Position numbers and translations under genes: made by a program. Shown piece by piece: positions 50,007 through 59,851 of a DNA stretch of 64,000 nt (its first letter is position 1; each line of letters opens with the position of its first letter). The DNA lies in contig CBDCJO010000002.1 of the NCBI GenBank assembly GCA_965217865.1, positions 3,616,001 to 3,680,000 on the forward strand, in the 5' to 3' direction. This DNA comes from Candidatus Latescibacterota bacterium. GTDB lineage: Bacteria; Latescibacterota; UBA2968; SICM01. Under the pieces are notes generated by a model, which was not told the origin of the DNA, did not search any database, and saw nothing but the letters and a program-made list of their open reading frames with translations.

Positions 50007-52511
50007 TCAGTCCTCTATCGGTTGGATCTTGCGAGGTGAACAAGGGGTTCCGATCATGTATTCTTCTAGTGTAAAATGATCCACCTGGATGGCATCGATT
50101 CTTGCCTCTTCAGCATCACGGATCAATCGGGCTTCTTCCCGGTCGATGATTCCGGACTTGAGGGCCTCGGCTGAGAGCTGTTCGGGTTTCCCCTTGGGCA
50201 GCGTTCCCTCCAGAACAGCCTCCTTAATCCGGCGAAGCACGGGTTCAACCCGATGGGATAGCAACAAAGCACGTTCCAGCCTTCCCAAGGCCTCCCGATG
50301 ATCTGCCGGTATATAAATTCCCGAGGTCAACGAATCTCTTTGAGGACCCGGGGTCTGCACCGCACGTGCAACTTGAGACCCCAACTCGTCGGAGGGGTCA
50401 TCCGAGAACCGATTGACGCGGGACCATAGGCCCACAGGTCCCCGGAAGCAGAAGCCCAATCCCGGTAAAGCCAGGTTTTGGAAGAGTCCATCGAAACCGG
50501 ATTGTATCCGGGCAAACGCGTATCTCATGGACCAGTGGAGAAAAGGGAGATCGTTGACCGGGCGTCCTTCCGATTCGAAACGGCGCAATGTTGATACGCC
50601 GAGGTACATCCAGGAAAAGATATCCGCGAAACGTCCGGCCAATTTTTCTCTTCTTTTGAGCTGACTTCTATGGACTATCATCGCGACATCCGCCAGCAAG
50701 GCGAATGAGGCCGACGCCCACGCCAGTTTGCGGTAATAGCGAGAAGCGGGTCCCTTGACGGGTGAACCGGCCAGGTACCCCCGTGAAATGCTCAACATCA
50801 CGGACCGGAAGAGGTTTCGAATGAGGTGACCGACATGACTCCAGAATGCCCGATCGAATGGAGTGAGATCCCCGGTCCTGAGCGCCTCGATCTCGCTGTA
50901 GACAAACGGATGGCACCGGATCGCGCCCTGTCCGAAGATAATGAGGGTGCGGGTCAGGATGTTTGCCCCTTCGATCGTGATGATGATGGGCGCCAAAAGA
51001 TAGCTGTGAGCCAGAAGGTTGCGGGGCCCCCGGATAATCGCGTTTCCGGCGAGGATATCCATCCCGCAGCCGATGGCCTTACGGAAGAGTTCCGTTGTGT
51101 TGTATTTTGCGATCGCGGTAGCCACCCCAGGCTTCGCTCCTCCATCCAGACCGCCACATGTATAACGCCTGGCGGCTTCCATCAGGTAGGCATAACCGCC
51201 CAGGCGTGCCAGGGGTTCCTCGACCCCCTCGAACTTGCCGATGGGAAGCCCAAACTGTTTTCGTACGGCCGCGTGCGCCCCAGCCACGCGGGCGACGAAC
51301 TTCGCACAAGCGGTGGCAGTGGCCGGGAGCGAGATCCCGCGGCCTGCGGCCAGGGATTCCATCAGCATCCGCCATCCGTTGCCAGCCTGGGAAGGACCGC
51401 CGATTATATTTTCCACGGGGACGATCACGTCCCTCCCTTCGGTTGGCGCGTTGATAAAAGGCATGCCCATCGGATCGTGTCTCAGACTTGTGATCACTCC
51501 GGGCGTATCCGTAGGGATCAGGGCGCAGGTGATCCCAGGATTTTCTCTTTTTCCCAATAGGTTATCCGGGTCCTTGAGCCTGAATGCCAGGCCGAGGACA
51601 GTCGAAATGGCCGCGAGGGTGATGTATCGTTTTTTCCAGTTTAGCCGGAGGTATATCCTTCCGTCTTCTCCTTTGAAAACGGTTCCGACCGCCTTGATAG
51701 CGCCCGCATCCGAACCCGCTTCCGGTTCCGTCAAGGCAAAGCATGGCATCTCTTCTCCGCGGGCAAGGCGTGGAAGGTAATGATCTTTCTGTTCCTTCGT
51801 CCCGTAATGGATCAGGAGTTCGGCGGGTCCTATGGAATTTGGGACCATCACGGAGATACTCAAAGGAATCGATCGCGAGGCCAGTTTCCCCACGACTGCG
51901 CTGTTCGCCGAGGCCGAAAAGCCGAGGCCTCCGTATTCCTTCGGAATAATCATACCGAAGAATCGATTCTCTCTAAGATATGCCCATATGGTGGGCGGCA
52001 GATCTTTGTTCACATAAACATCCCAGTCGTTAACCAGACTGCAGACATCCTCCACAGGCCCTTCGAGGAACGCTCGTTCCTCGAAGTTCAGTTCGGGATA
52101 GGATTCTTTGTTAAGACGCTTGAAATCGGGCTTTCCGGAGAAGAGTTCCCCCTCGATCCATACTGTCCCCGCTTCGATCACTTCCCGCTCGGTCTCGGAG
52201 ATGACGGGTAGGAAGTCGATCTTTTTCAGGAAACACATCAACGGGGCAGACACCAGATGCCGACGCACCGGTCTGATGTTGAAGGTCAGTGCGAGGAGCC
52301 CGAACACGATCCAGAGCCAAGCCGGTGAACCGAAACCATACAGGAATCCCATAGAAAACAGGGTCCAGAGCCACAACGGCGAACCCGTGAACCCCAGGGT
52401 ACAAAGGATCGCCATAAACAGGATGATCTGGGCAGATGAAGGCCAGCTTAGCAAGACTTCATATGTCGATTCAAGGAAGTTCACTCCGGGAACCCTCAAT
52501 TGAGTTTTCAA
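50007..52511 (-). CDS. fadE: Acyl-CoA dehydrogenase, FadE type
   Basis: N-terminal TM, EAGTVWIEGELFSG, CFALTEPEAGSDAG, RKQFGLPIGKFEGV, TIEGANILTR. Confidence 0.93.
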   Translation of the reverse strand: MKTQLRVPGVNFLESTYEVLLSWPSSAQIILFMAILCTLGFTGSPLWLWTLFSMGFLYGFGSPAWLWIVFGLLALTFNIRPVRRHLVSAPLMCFLKKIDFLPVISETEREVIEAGTVWIEGELFSGKPDFKRLNKESYPELNFEERAFLEGPVEDVCSLVNDWDVYVNKDLPPTIWAYLRENRFFGMIIPKEYGGLGFSASANSAVVGKLASRSIPLSISVMVPNSIGPAELLIHYGTKEQKDHYLPRLARGEEMPCFALTEPEAGSDAGAIKAVGTVFKGEDGRIYLRLNWKKRYITLAAISTVLGLAFRLKDPDNLLGKRENPGITCALIPTDTPGVITSLRHDPMGMPFINAPTEGRDVIVPVENIIGGPSQAGNGWRMLMESLAAGRGISLPATATACAKFVARVAGAHAAVRKQFGLPIGKFEGVEEPLARLGGYAYLMEAARRYTCGGLDGGAKPGVATAIAKYNTTELFRKAIGCGMDILAGNAIIRGPRNLLAHSYLLAPIIITIEGANILTRTLIIFGQGAIRCHPFVYSEIEALRTGDLTPFDRAFWSHVGHLIRNLFRSVMLSISRGYLAGSPVKGPASRYYRKLAWASASFALLADVAMIVHRSQLKRREKLAGRFADIFSWMYLGVSTLRRFESEGRPVNDLPFLHWSMRYAFARIQSGFDGLFQNLALPGLGFCFRGPVGLWSRVNRFSDDPSDELGSQVARAVQTPGPQRDSLTSGIYIPADHREALGRLERALLLSHRVEPVLRRIKEAVLEGTLPKGKPEQLSAEALKSGIIDREEARLIRDAEEARIDAIQVDHFTLEEYMIGTPCSPRKIQPIED

Positions 52512-52741
52512 GAAAGATTATAGGACAGGTAAAATAACACCTGGTTGGTTCAACGATCTGTGGAATGGATCACCGAAGGTTTGTGCCTTTTGCAGGTGAG
52601 TTAAAATTCCGAGTATACAAAGGATATATCTTTGCCTATAATATAAAATAAATAGTTTATCGTATCTTAAAGAAATCCGCCTGTGAAATAATGGGGCGGA
52701 AATAAATTAGGCGCAATGGGTTATTTTGCAAGGAGGATTTG

Positions 52742-52993
52742 ATGGCAGCCCTGACATCTTTTGAAGGTTTTGCACATTTGGACGACGATGAGATCCAGAA
52801 TATCTTGAGGAAGGTCGAGACGGAGGATCTGGCAGCGGCTTTGAAACTGGCCAGCAATCAGGCGAAAAAGAGGATATTCGACAATATATCCGACCGGGTA
52901 AAGAAGATCATCCAAGACCGCATGGAAAAACTGTTGGACATATCGAAGGTGGAGATCGAGGAAGCGCAGCAACGGATAGTGAGTGTGTCTTGA
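52742..52993 (+). CDS. Stand-alone FliG C-terminal-domain protein
   Basis: FE.FAHLDDDEIQNILRKV..LAAALK..IFDNISDR..EEAQQRIV; aaggagg RBS. Confidence 0.75.
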   Translation: MAALTSFEGFAHLDDDEIQNILRKVETEDLAAALKLASNQAKKRIFDNISDRVKKIIQDRMEKLLDISKVEIEEAQQRIVSVS

Positions 52994-53075
52994 GACTTGG
53001 GTGCCGTATGATGGACTGCCCCTATAAACCATATATATCTTTTTTGCTGTTTTGGCTTTCAGTTTTTTATATTTT

Positions 53076-53972
53076 GGTGATTGAGTAGATATTGGCACCA
53101 GCGTATATTAATAATATGCTGGTAATTAATCCACTTAAGTTAGCAAATGACTGCAAGATAAGTAGGGCCTATTTTCGTGCAGCCCGTTGGGGTGGAAAAA
53201 GGCGATGTCCAAGCTGCGATTATCAGCGCAGGTTGCCCTTATTAAAAGACGATCGGTTCAGGTGTTCACGGTGTGGATATCGGTTTAAAGATTTCACGGG
53301 CACTTATCTTGAAAGGCTTCGAATTTCATTTGACGAGCTTGCCCATTTACTTTATCTGTTTGTATTGGGAGTGCCCTCTTACCGATCCAGGCACTACCTG
53401 TCCGTATCGCTGAAAACGGCTCAGCGGATTTATACCACGTTTCGCCAGGCCATCTACGATCATAGCTTTACGGACCAGGTGCTTTGGGGTGAGATCGAGT
53501 TGGACGAGGCGATGTATGGAGGTCATCATAAGGGTAAGCGTGGATGGGGAGCAGCCGGAAAACACTTGGTTTTCGGGCTTTATCAGAGGAACGGAAAAGT
53601 CCTCACCTTTCCCATTCCGGATCGAAGTCGAAACACCCTTACACCGCTTGTGACCTCACACATCAAAGCAGGCAGTCTATACTACACCGATGACTGGCAC
53701 GCCTACACTTGGCTGTCAGTCAAAGGTGACCACGTGGTTGTTCGAAAAGAAGAAGGGGTGCCCAAAGGCAAAGGCCGACATCACATCAATGGCATCGAAG
53801 GCTTCTGGAGTTTTTCTAAAAATTGGCTATATCAATACAGAGGAATCCCTCGACATCATTTCCATTTATACCTGAAGGAAACAGAGTTCAGATTCAACCA
53901 GGAAGACGAGGATCTCTTCCCAATTATTGCTTCATATCTGGTGAATCTGGTACCAATATCTTCCTAATTACC
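53076..53972 (+). mobile_element. IS1595-family element, complete copy
   Basis: 26-bp imperfect IRs 53076-53101 and 53947-53972 (21/26 match); no perfect target duplication. Confidence 0.9.
53116..53967 (+). CDS. IS1595 transposase
   Basis: CPSC/CSRC zinc ribbon, ELDEAMYGG, YTDDW, HINGIEGFWS, YLKETEFRFN. Confidence 0.92.
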   Translation: MLVINPLKLANDCKISRAYFRAARWGGKRRCPSCDYQRRLPLLKDDRFRCSRCGYRFKDFTGTYLERLRISFDELAHLLYLFVLGVPSYRSRHYLSVSLKTAQRIYTTFRQAIYDHSFTDQVLWGEIELDEAMYGGHHKGKRGWGAAGKHLVFGLYQRNGKVLTFPIPDRSRNTLTPLVTSHIKAGSLYYTDDWHAYTWLSVKGDHVVVRKEEGVPKGKGRHHINGIEGFWSFSKNWLYQYRGIPRHHFHLYLKETEFRFNQEDEDLFPIIASYLVNLVPISS

Positions 53973-54057
53973 ATAATTTTTAATATAAACAACCTTTGGC
54001 GCAGACACCGGGGGAGAAATCACGCCGTTGCGATTTTGAGTTTGATGGAGGCGGGCC

Positions 54058-54375
54058 GTGACCATTTGGATCATTTGGGTCGTCACGATAGTAATCGTGA
54101 TCGCGATTAAGTATTACGCTTTAAAGACCCTTTCCCAAAAAAATCTGGATCTAACCGCAAATGAAAGACATCTATCCTCGTTAACGGTGGAAAGCAACCT
54201 TGTCAGAAGCAGTCTTGATGTCACCAAAAGAAACCTGGCGGATATCCTTTCGATAACGGCAGGGCACGAAAGGGTTAGCGATAAACTGGTAAAAGAACTT
54301 AAAGAATTAGAAGAAAAAGAAGACAACGAAATCGAAGAAACGAAGAAGAAGATCTCAAGGGAAAAGGGTTCTTGA
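54058..54375 (+). CDS. Membrane-anchored coiled-coil hypothetical protein
   Basis: ggagg RBS, N-terminal TM, charged heptad-rich tail. Confidence 0.6.
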   Translation: MTIWIIWVVTIVIVIAIKYYALKTLSQKNLDLTANERHLSSLTVESNLVRSSLDVTKRNLADILSITAGHERVSDKLVKELKELEEKEDNEIEETKKKISREKGS

Positions 54376-54389
54376 ACAGGAGATCGGAG

Positions 54390-54497
54390 ATGGATTGGTT
54401 ACCCATATTAGCGTTAATCGGAACCGCCTTTTTCTTGATACCCATTTTAAATGATTTTCAAAAAAAGCTGGCTGCGATCGAAAAAAAACGCAATTAG
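54390..54497 (+). pseudogene. TM-anchored protein truncated by the transposon left end
   Basis: MDWLPILALIGTAFFLIPILNDFQKKLAAIEKKRN; stop lies inside the IR. Confidence 0.5.
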
Positions 54498-54543
54498 CAG
54501 ATTAAGGCTTGACTTCCCAAGCCAGAGTGAGTAACTTCACGCC

Positions 54544-55512
54544 ATGCCCAACTTTAAGAACCGGACTATGTGGACGGGAGACAACCTGGACATCATGCGT
54601 GGGATGAACTCCGAGAGCGTCGATCTGATTTATCTGGACCCCCCGTTCAACTCCAACCGCACCTATGCCGCACCCGTGGGGAGCAAGGCGGCAGGGGCAG
54701 CCTTCAAGGATTCATGGTCGTTGTCCGACTTGGATGTTGCCTGGATGGGTATTATCGCCGACAAACACCCCGCAATGTATAAGGTTCTGGAAGCGTCTGG
54801 CATCACTCACGGAAAAGGGATGCAATCCTACCTCTGCATGATGGGTGTCCGAATCATTGAAATGCATCGCCTCTTGAAGAATACGGGTAGCCTATACCTG
54901 CATTGTGACCCTACGGCCAGCCACTACCTGAAGCTGCTTATGGACGCGGTATTCGGGCCGGGAAACTTTAAGAATGAAATTACATGGTGCTACAAAAGAA
55001 TGGCAAGCCGGAACCAACGTCATTTTTCAAGGTGTCATGACGTTCTGCTGTGTTACGAAAAAACTCCCCGCTCAACCTTCAACCCTGATTCCGTAAGGCT
55101 TCCGTATTCGGAATCCAGCAAACGCAGAGCGGGACACAAAAAAACGAGCTTGGGAGGTGCAGCCCCCGCGTCTGGCGTGTGCGAACTCAACGCCAGGGGG
55201 CGTTTCCCTGAAGATTGGTGGGACATCCCAATCATAAGACCCAATGCGAAAGAAAGAGTCGGCTACCCTACGCAGAAGCCGTTGGCATTGCTTGACCGCA
55301 TTATCCAGGCAAGCAGCAATACCAACGATATGGTCCTGGATCCATTCTGCGGATGCGCAACAGCTCTCGTGTCGGCGGACAAAATGAACCGCCAATGGGT
55401 CGGAATAGACATCTCGCATAAAGCTTCCGAGCTTGTCAACATAAGACTTCAATCAGAATTGGGAGACCTTTATCATTCCCGCCTGGTTACGGTCCGGACC
55501 GACGTTCCGTAG
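54544..55512 (+). CDS. N6A/N4C DNA methyltransferase, beta class (N-part of an MTase-HNH fusion split by TAG)
   Basis: LIYLDPPFNS, YPTQKP, VLDPFCGCAT; TTGACT-17-TAACTT ends 6 bp before the ATG. Confidence 0.9.
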   Translation: MPNFKNRTMWTGDNLDIMRGMNSESVDLIYLDPPFNSNRTYAAPVGSKAAGAAFKDSWSLSDLDVAWMGIIADKHPAMYKVLEASGITHGKGMQSYLCMMGVRIIEMHRLLKNTGSLYLHCDPTASHYLKLLMDAVFGPGNFKNEITWCYKRMASRNQRHFSRCHDVLLCYEKTPRSTFNPDSVRLPYSESSKRRAGHKKTSLGGAAPASGVCELNARGRFPEDWWDIPIIRPNAKERVGYPTQKPLALLDRIIQASSNTNDMVLDPFCGCATALVSADKMNRQWVGIDISHKASELVNIRLQSELGDLYHSRLVTVRTDVP

Positions 55513-55521
55513 CGAACGGAC

Positions 55522-55770
55522 ATGGGCGAGATTCCCAACTATCGAACACATAAACACGTCCTGTTCGGCAAGCAGGAAGGAAAATGCGGCGGATGCCGGT
55601 CGCTGTTTCAATTCAGGAACTTCACGGTGGATCATATCGTACCCGACGTCAAAGGAGGAACCGACCATCCGGAAAACCTGCAACTGCTCTGCGGAGCCTG
55701 TAATAGCGTCAAGGGAAGCAATACCCATGAATATCTTGTGGCCAAACTGAAGGCGGATGGTATCCTGTAA
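55522..55770 (+). CDS. HNH endonuclease domain, in frame with the MTase
   Basis: CGGC..VDHIVP..GG..ENLQLLCGACNSVKG. Confidence 0.88.
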   Translation: MGEIPNYRTHKHVLFGKQEGKCGGCRSLFQFRNFTVDHIVPDVKGGTDHPENLQLLCGACNSVKGSNTHEYLVAKLKADGIL

Positions 55771-55788
55771 ATCGAAAGGAGAACTCAA

Positions 55789-55929
55789 ATGGCATACGAA
55801 AAAGACAACGAACAAAAACAGAATGAATCGCCACCACCGCCAGAGACAGATACAAGAGATTTAGTCAAGGACTCGGGCTCGGATGGTAGAGAATCCAAAG
55901 AACCACAAAAATCGACTCCAGACAAATAA
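55789..55929 (+). CDS. 46-aa charged, Pro-rich peptide
   Basis: gaaaggag RBS; MAYEKDNEQKQNESPPPPETDTRDLVKDSGSDGRESKEPQKSTPDK. Confidence 0.45.
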   Translation: MAYEKDNEQKQNESPPPPETDTRDLVKDSGSDGRESKEPQKSTPDK

Positions 55930-56075
55930 GGCCAGTGACAACAACAGAGACCACCCACTTCTTTTTGATGTTACTTATATTCTCTTTGAAGTGCAGGCCA
56001 GCCCAATATGTAATATCTTTCTTGAATTTCCAATGTGAACTGCCAAGGTGATGCTCGTACAAGCTTCTGGGGCTA

Positions 56076-57603
56076 GCAGCCTGTTGAAAAAGTGCGTTTA
56101 TGCCAAGATGACTGTTGTCTTTCCTTGTGGTTTGGTCCTATGATATATCAGGTTCAAACTGAGAAGGGAGGACGAGCAAATGGCAATGGGAAAACGAGGC
56201 CGACAGAGACAGGAAAACCTGTTCATCGCATCGAACACTTTGGTGAAATCTCCGGGTCATCCGTTCTACGAGAAGCTGAATCAGGTATTGGGGGCGAACG
56301 GCTTCGACGAGTTCGTCGAGGGGCTTTGCCAGCGGTATTACGCTCCTCATATGGGTCGCAAGGGCATTCCGCCCGGGGTTTATTTTCGGATGCTTTTGAT
56401 TGGGTATTTCGAGGGACTTGATTCGGAACGTGGGATCGAATGGCGTGTATCTGACTCGCTGACGTTGCGCCGGTTTTTGGGGTATGCCCTTGACGAACAG
56501 ACCCCGGATCATTCCAGCCTGTCTCGCATCCGGCATCGGCTTCCCTTGGAAGTTCACGAAGCGGTTTTCAAGTGGATCCTGAGGGTCTTGTGCAAAGCGG
56601 GTCTGGTGAAGGGGAAGACGTTGGGCGTGGATGCTACGACACTGGAGGCCAACGCCGCGATGCGCAGCATTGTACGCCGTGACACGGGTGAAGGCTACCA
56701 GGCATTCCTTGAGAATCTGGCCAAGGCCTCGGGCATTGAAACGCCTACCCGCGAGGACTTGTCCAAGATCGATAAGAAGCGACCGAAGAAGGGATCGAAC
56801 CAGGACTGGGAGCACCCGCACGACCCGGATGCCAAGATCGCTAAGATGAAGGACGGTCGCACGCACATGGCGCACAAGGTGGAGCACGCGGTGGATCTGG
56901 ACACCAATGCCATTGTGGCAGTGGCGTTGTCGGGAGCAGATGAAGGAGATACCGAGTCGTTGCCCTGGACGCTGCTCGAGGCGCAGCTCAATCTCAAGCA
57001 GGTCGCGAAGGACGAAAAAGCTGCCAAACGTTTGCACAGACAGCGTATACGGGAGGTGGTTGCGGACAAAGGATATCATAGCAACGATGTATTGACCAGT
57101 CTGAAGCAAGGCGGCATCCGGAGTTACATTTCAGAACCGGATCGGGGACGCCGCAAGTGGAACGGCCGACGAGATGAGCAGGCCGCGGTATATGCGAATC
57201 GACGCCGGATCAAGGGAGATCGCGGCAAGGCCTTGCGCCGAAGTCGTGCAGAACGGGTGGAAAGAACCATCGCTCACACATATGATACCGGTGGCATGCG
57301 CAGGTTGCACTTGAGAGACCGCGGCAATATCCTCAAGCGTTTGCTGATCCACATCGGGGGCTGCAACCTGGCTCTGCTCATGCGCAAAGTGATGGGCGTA
57401 GGTACTCCGAAGGCCCTCCAGGACCTGGCCAAGGCCTTGCAGCGTCTACTGCTCGTCCTACAATCACGTTTGCTGCCCTCGGTCACCTTTTTAACCTCTT
57501 ATCAGCGTCTCCTGCTCAATCTCCTTACCTTGATTTATCCGACCCGCACTCCAGGCGTCTTTTCCGTTTATGTGCGTTGAAAGGTAGTTCTTCAACGGGC
57601 TGC
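56076..57603 (+). mobile_element. IS1182-family element nested in the cargo transposon
   Basis: IRs GCAGCCTGTTGAA / TTCAACGGGCTGC, TA on both flanks. Confidence 0.88.
56180..57580 (+). CDS. IS1182-family transposase
   Basis: PPGVYFRMLLIGYFEGLDSER, PDHSSLSRIR, GVDAT, VADKGY, RVER. Confidence 0.9.
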   Translation: MAMGKRGRQRQENLFIASNTLVKSPGHPFYEKLNQVLGANGFDEFVEGLCQRYYAPHMGRKGIPPGVYFRMLLIGYFEGLDSERGIEWRVSDSLTLRRFLGYALDEQTPDHSSLSRIRHRLPLEVHEAVFKWILRVLCKAGLVKGKTLGVDATTLEANAAMRSIVRRDTGEGYQAFLENLAKASGIETPTREDLSKIDKKRPKKGSNQDWEHPHDPDAKIAKMKDGRTHMAHKVEHAVDLDTNAIVAVALSGADEGDTESLPWTLLEAQLNLKQVAKDEKAAKRLHRQRIREVVADKGYHSNDVLTSLKQGGIRSYISEPDRGRRKWNGRRDEQAAVYANRRRIKGDRGKALRRSRAERVERTIAHTYDTGGMRRLHLRDRGNILKRLLIHIGGCNLALLMRKVMGVGTPKALQDLAKALQRLLLVLQSRLLPSVTFLTSYQRLLLNLLTLIYPTRTPGVFSVYVR

Positions 57604-57900
57604 TAAGCACCGCCAGAGACTTGAACAATCTTCCAAACAAACAACATCCTGCACTTAAGGTAAATATCCCAATAGTCGCAATAGCCCAGTACATCCCAAG
57701 AGGCAGGTTTAGAGTCTTAGCTAATATGGGAATTGCCAATGTGAGCGTTATCACTACGGATAGGAGCGCGTGAAAAAGACTGTTCATGGCATCCCACCGT
57801 TGTTGGATAATATCATAAGACTTCACGGCCAAATTATAGGCCAGGTCCACAGAGGGGTATTTCGTTTCATCGTCCATAATTTAACCTCACGAAAAAAATG

Positions 57901-58785
57901 TTAGGCAAAGCACCCCTTCATGAACGTATCAAACGTCCGCTTGTTTTTCCGGTTGTTGTATTTGTAGCAGGCTTCAGCCACGTAGAACGGCGTGTAACGC
58001 TTCGTGTAGTGATGATGTGAACCGTACCAGGCACGCTTGAGCAGAGACCACACGCCTTCAATCGTGTTGGTATGTATATCGCCGTCCGAGTATTGCTTGG
58101 CGTGGTGGATCACAGCGTGATTCATGATTTGCCTTACGGTATTATAGGCACTGAATTCGTCCGTGACAAGCACCGACTCCGAAGGGTCTATCGCCTGTTT
58201 GATGAAGGCCAGAACCCCCGTACCCGACAGATCGTCCGCCACACGGGCAACTACCTTTCCGCCACGTTCCACGGCTCCTATAACCGGAGTCTTGCGGGTT
58301 CCTCGCCCCCTTGGAGCATTGCCACCGCCACCCGAACGCTTGTTACGTTTCCGCGGCTTGCCTCCGACGTAGGTCTCGTCGGCTTCGACGATCCCACGCA
58401 ACAATACCTTCCCCTGCCTCGTTGCCATCTCGGCACGAATCCGCTGTTGCACATACCATGCAGACCGTTGCGTAAGGTTCAGGTCACGGGCAAGTTGGCA
58501 GCTTGACAGGCTTTTCTTGGCGTTCACGATCAAAGCGATTGCCATAAACCACTTCTGAAGCGGAAGATGCGTACCCTGAAACATTGTCCCCGAAAGGACG
58601 TTAAAGCTGGACTTGCATGCATGGCAGTTCCAACGCCCTACAAGACTTCCCTCTCTCTTTCGCGCGCACTCCCCAACCACCCCACACAGCGGACAAAACG
58701 GATCACTTCCGAACCGGACACGCTCAAGATGCTCAATGCATTTTTCCTGCGTCGGGAACTTTTCAATTGCCGTCAACAAGTTCAT
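57901..58785 (-). CDS. IS1595 transposase of the cargo transposon
   Basis: CPLC/CHAC, VEADETYVGG, VTDEFSAY, HTNTIEGVWS; promoter TTGACT-17-TATATT starting in the right IR. Confidence 0.92.
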   Translation of the reverse strand: MNLLTAIEKFPTQEKCIEHLERVRFGSDPFCPLCGVVGECARKREGSLVGRWNCHACKSSFNVLSGTMFQGTHLPLQKWFMAIALIVNAKKSLSSCQLARDLNLTQRSAWYVQQRIRAEMATRQGKVLLRGIVEADETYVGGKPRKRNKRSGGGGNAPRGRGTRKTPVIGAVERGGKVVARVADDLSGTGVLAFIKQAIDPSESVLVTDEFSAYNTVRQIMNHAVIHHAKQYSDGDIHTNTIEGVWSLLKRAWYGSHHHYTKRYTPFYVAEACYKYNNRKNKRTFDTFMKGCFA

Positions 58786-58821
58786 TTTCCTTTCTCCCTT
58801 TTTTTGGTTAAATTAGTTGTT

Positions 58822-59790
58822 TTAACTACACTTAATATAACTAAAAAGGGAAGAAAAGTCAAGCCTTAATCTGCTAATTGCGTTCTCTTTTTGAAACCAT
58901 CTGAAGTTCAGGATATCCTCGTATGAAAACTGTAACAATACGGCCATGAACAATAATCCGGGAAGGTACAACAATCCATCATTCTTCATCCAGGCGGCTC
59001 CGGCGGTTAGGATACCACCCAGAACCCACTCTCTCCTTAATAAAGCGGCAACTGCAGCCACTGAGAAGACCTCTACACCGATATCACCATATCCGGCCGC
59101 AGCATGCCAGACTTGAAGGGGAAGGGCGGAAACGATAAACCCAGATCCGGCAGCAAGCCAGCGGTTTTGAGAAAATCTCCAAACCGCCAACCAAACGATC
59201 GCCGCAATCGCAACAAAAAAAATGAGCCCATCGGCACGTGCGATGGTATCATTCCATTCTCCGTGGAAGTTGGCCGTTACCGCCCGCCATATGGGTATCC
59301 CAAGCGGATAACCCTTGTTCCCTGTGAAGCCTAAAAAAACACCGGATGCAGGATCGAATGACCAGTTGGCCTGAGCGAAGATGGATCGGGCGCGCCCCGC
59401 CCAGTGCGTGAACGCATCTCCAAAATACAAAGGGGTTTGTGTTAGTTTCCAAACGCAAAATGCCAATTTTTCAAATATGGAGATCAGTACCACCCATTCG
59501 AACCATTTCAATTTTCCCGGTCTTAATTTCGGTACTGAGATGCCCTTTTTTAGCCATACCATAATCGTTGGGATCATGATCCCGATCATCATCATGATCG
59601 TCGATATTTTCATCGGTATGCCGGCAAAACCTGCGACCCCGATCCAAAGCGTCTCCACGTAAATTCCGAGGAGTAAACATGCTGTCAAACTCTCCCCCCA
59701 GGTTCGGTTACCCGGGCAAAGCCTCAATACCGTCCAGCCTGTCCATATGTTCAGCGCGACATGGAAAAATAATGCAAAAAATGTGGTCAT
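58822..59790 (-). pseudogene. Polytopic membrane protein (GT-C/ArnT-like), C-terminus cut by the transposon
   Basis: DA..HWA.RAR, YP, GYGD, WMKNDGL; last codons read through the IR. Confidence 0.6.
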
Positions 59791-59851
59791 TTATTTTCCC
59801 CTCAGACCAGGAACCCGTGCCACGTTACCGTTGCCGCCCATGCTGTCTGCT

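Larger units (their letters stand above)
55865..57877 (-). pseudogene. 160-aa three-TM protein split by IS1182
   Basis: Removing 56076-57603 and one TA restores ...SLAVLSPRSLYEHH... in frame (483 nt). Confidence 0.8.
54489..58882. mobile_element. IS1595-family cargo transposon (~4.4 kb)
   Basis: Perfect 27-bp IR CGCAATTAGCAGATTAAGGCTTGACTT at 54489-54515 and 58856-58882; transposase at the right end, passengers inside. Confidence 0.88.

Noticed and set aside
53823-54110. ORF MAISIQRNP... (also the first ~50 aa of ORF 27185-27904)
   Set aside because: Alternative frame inside the IS1595 3' end
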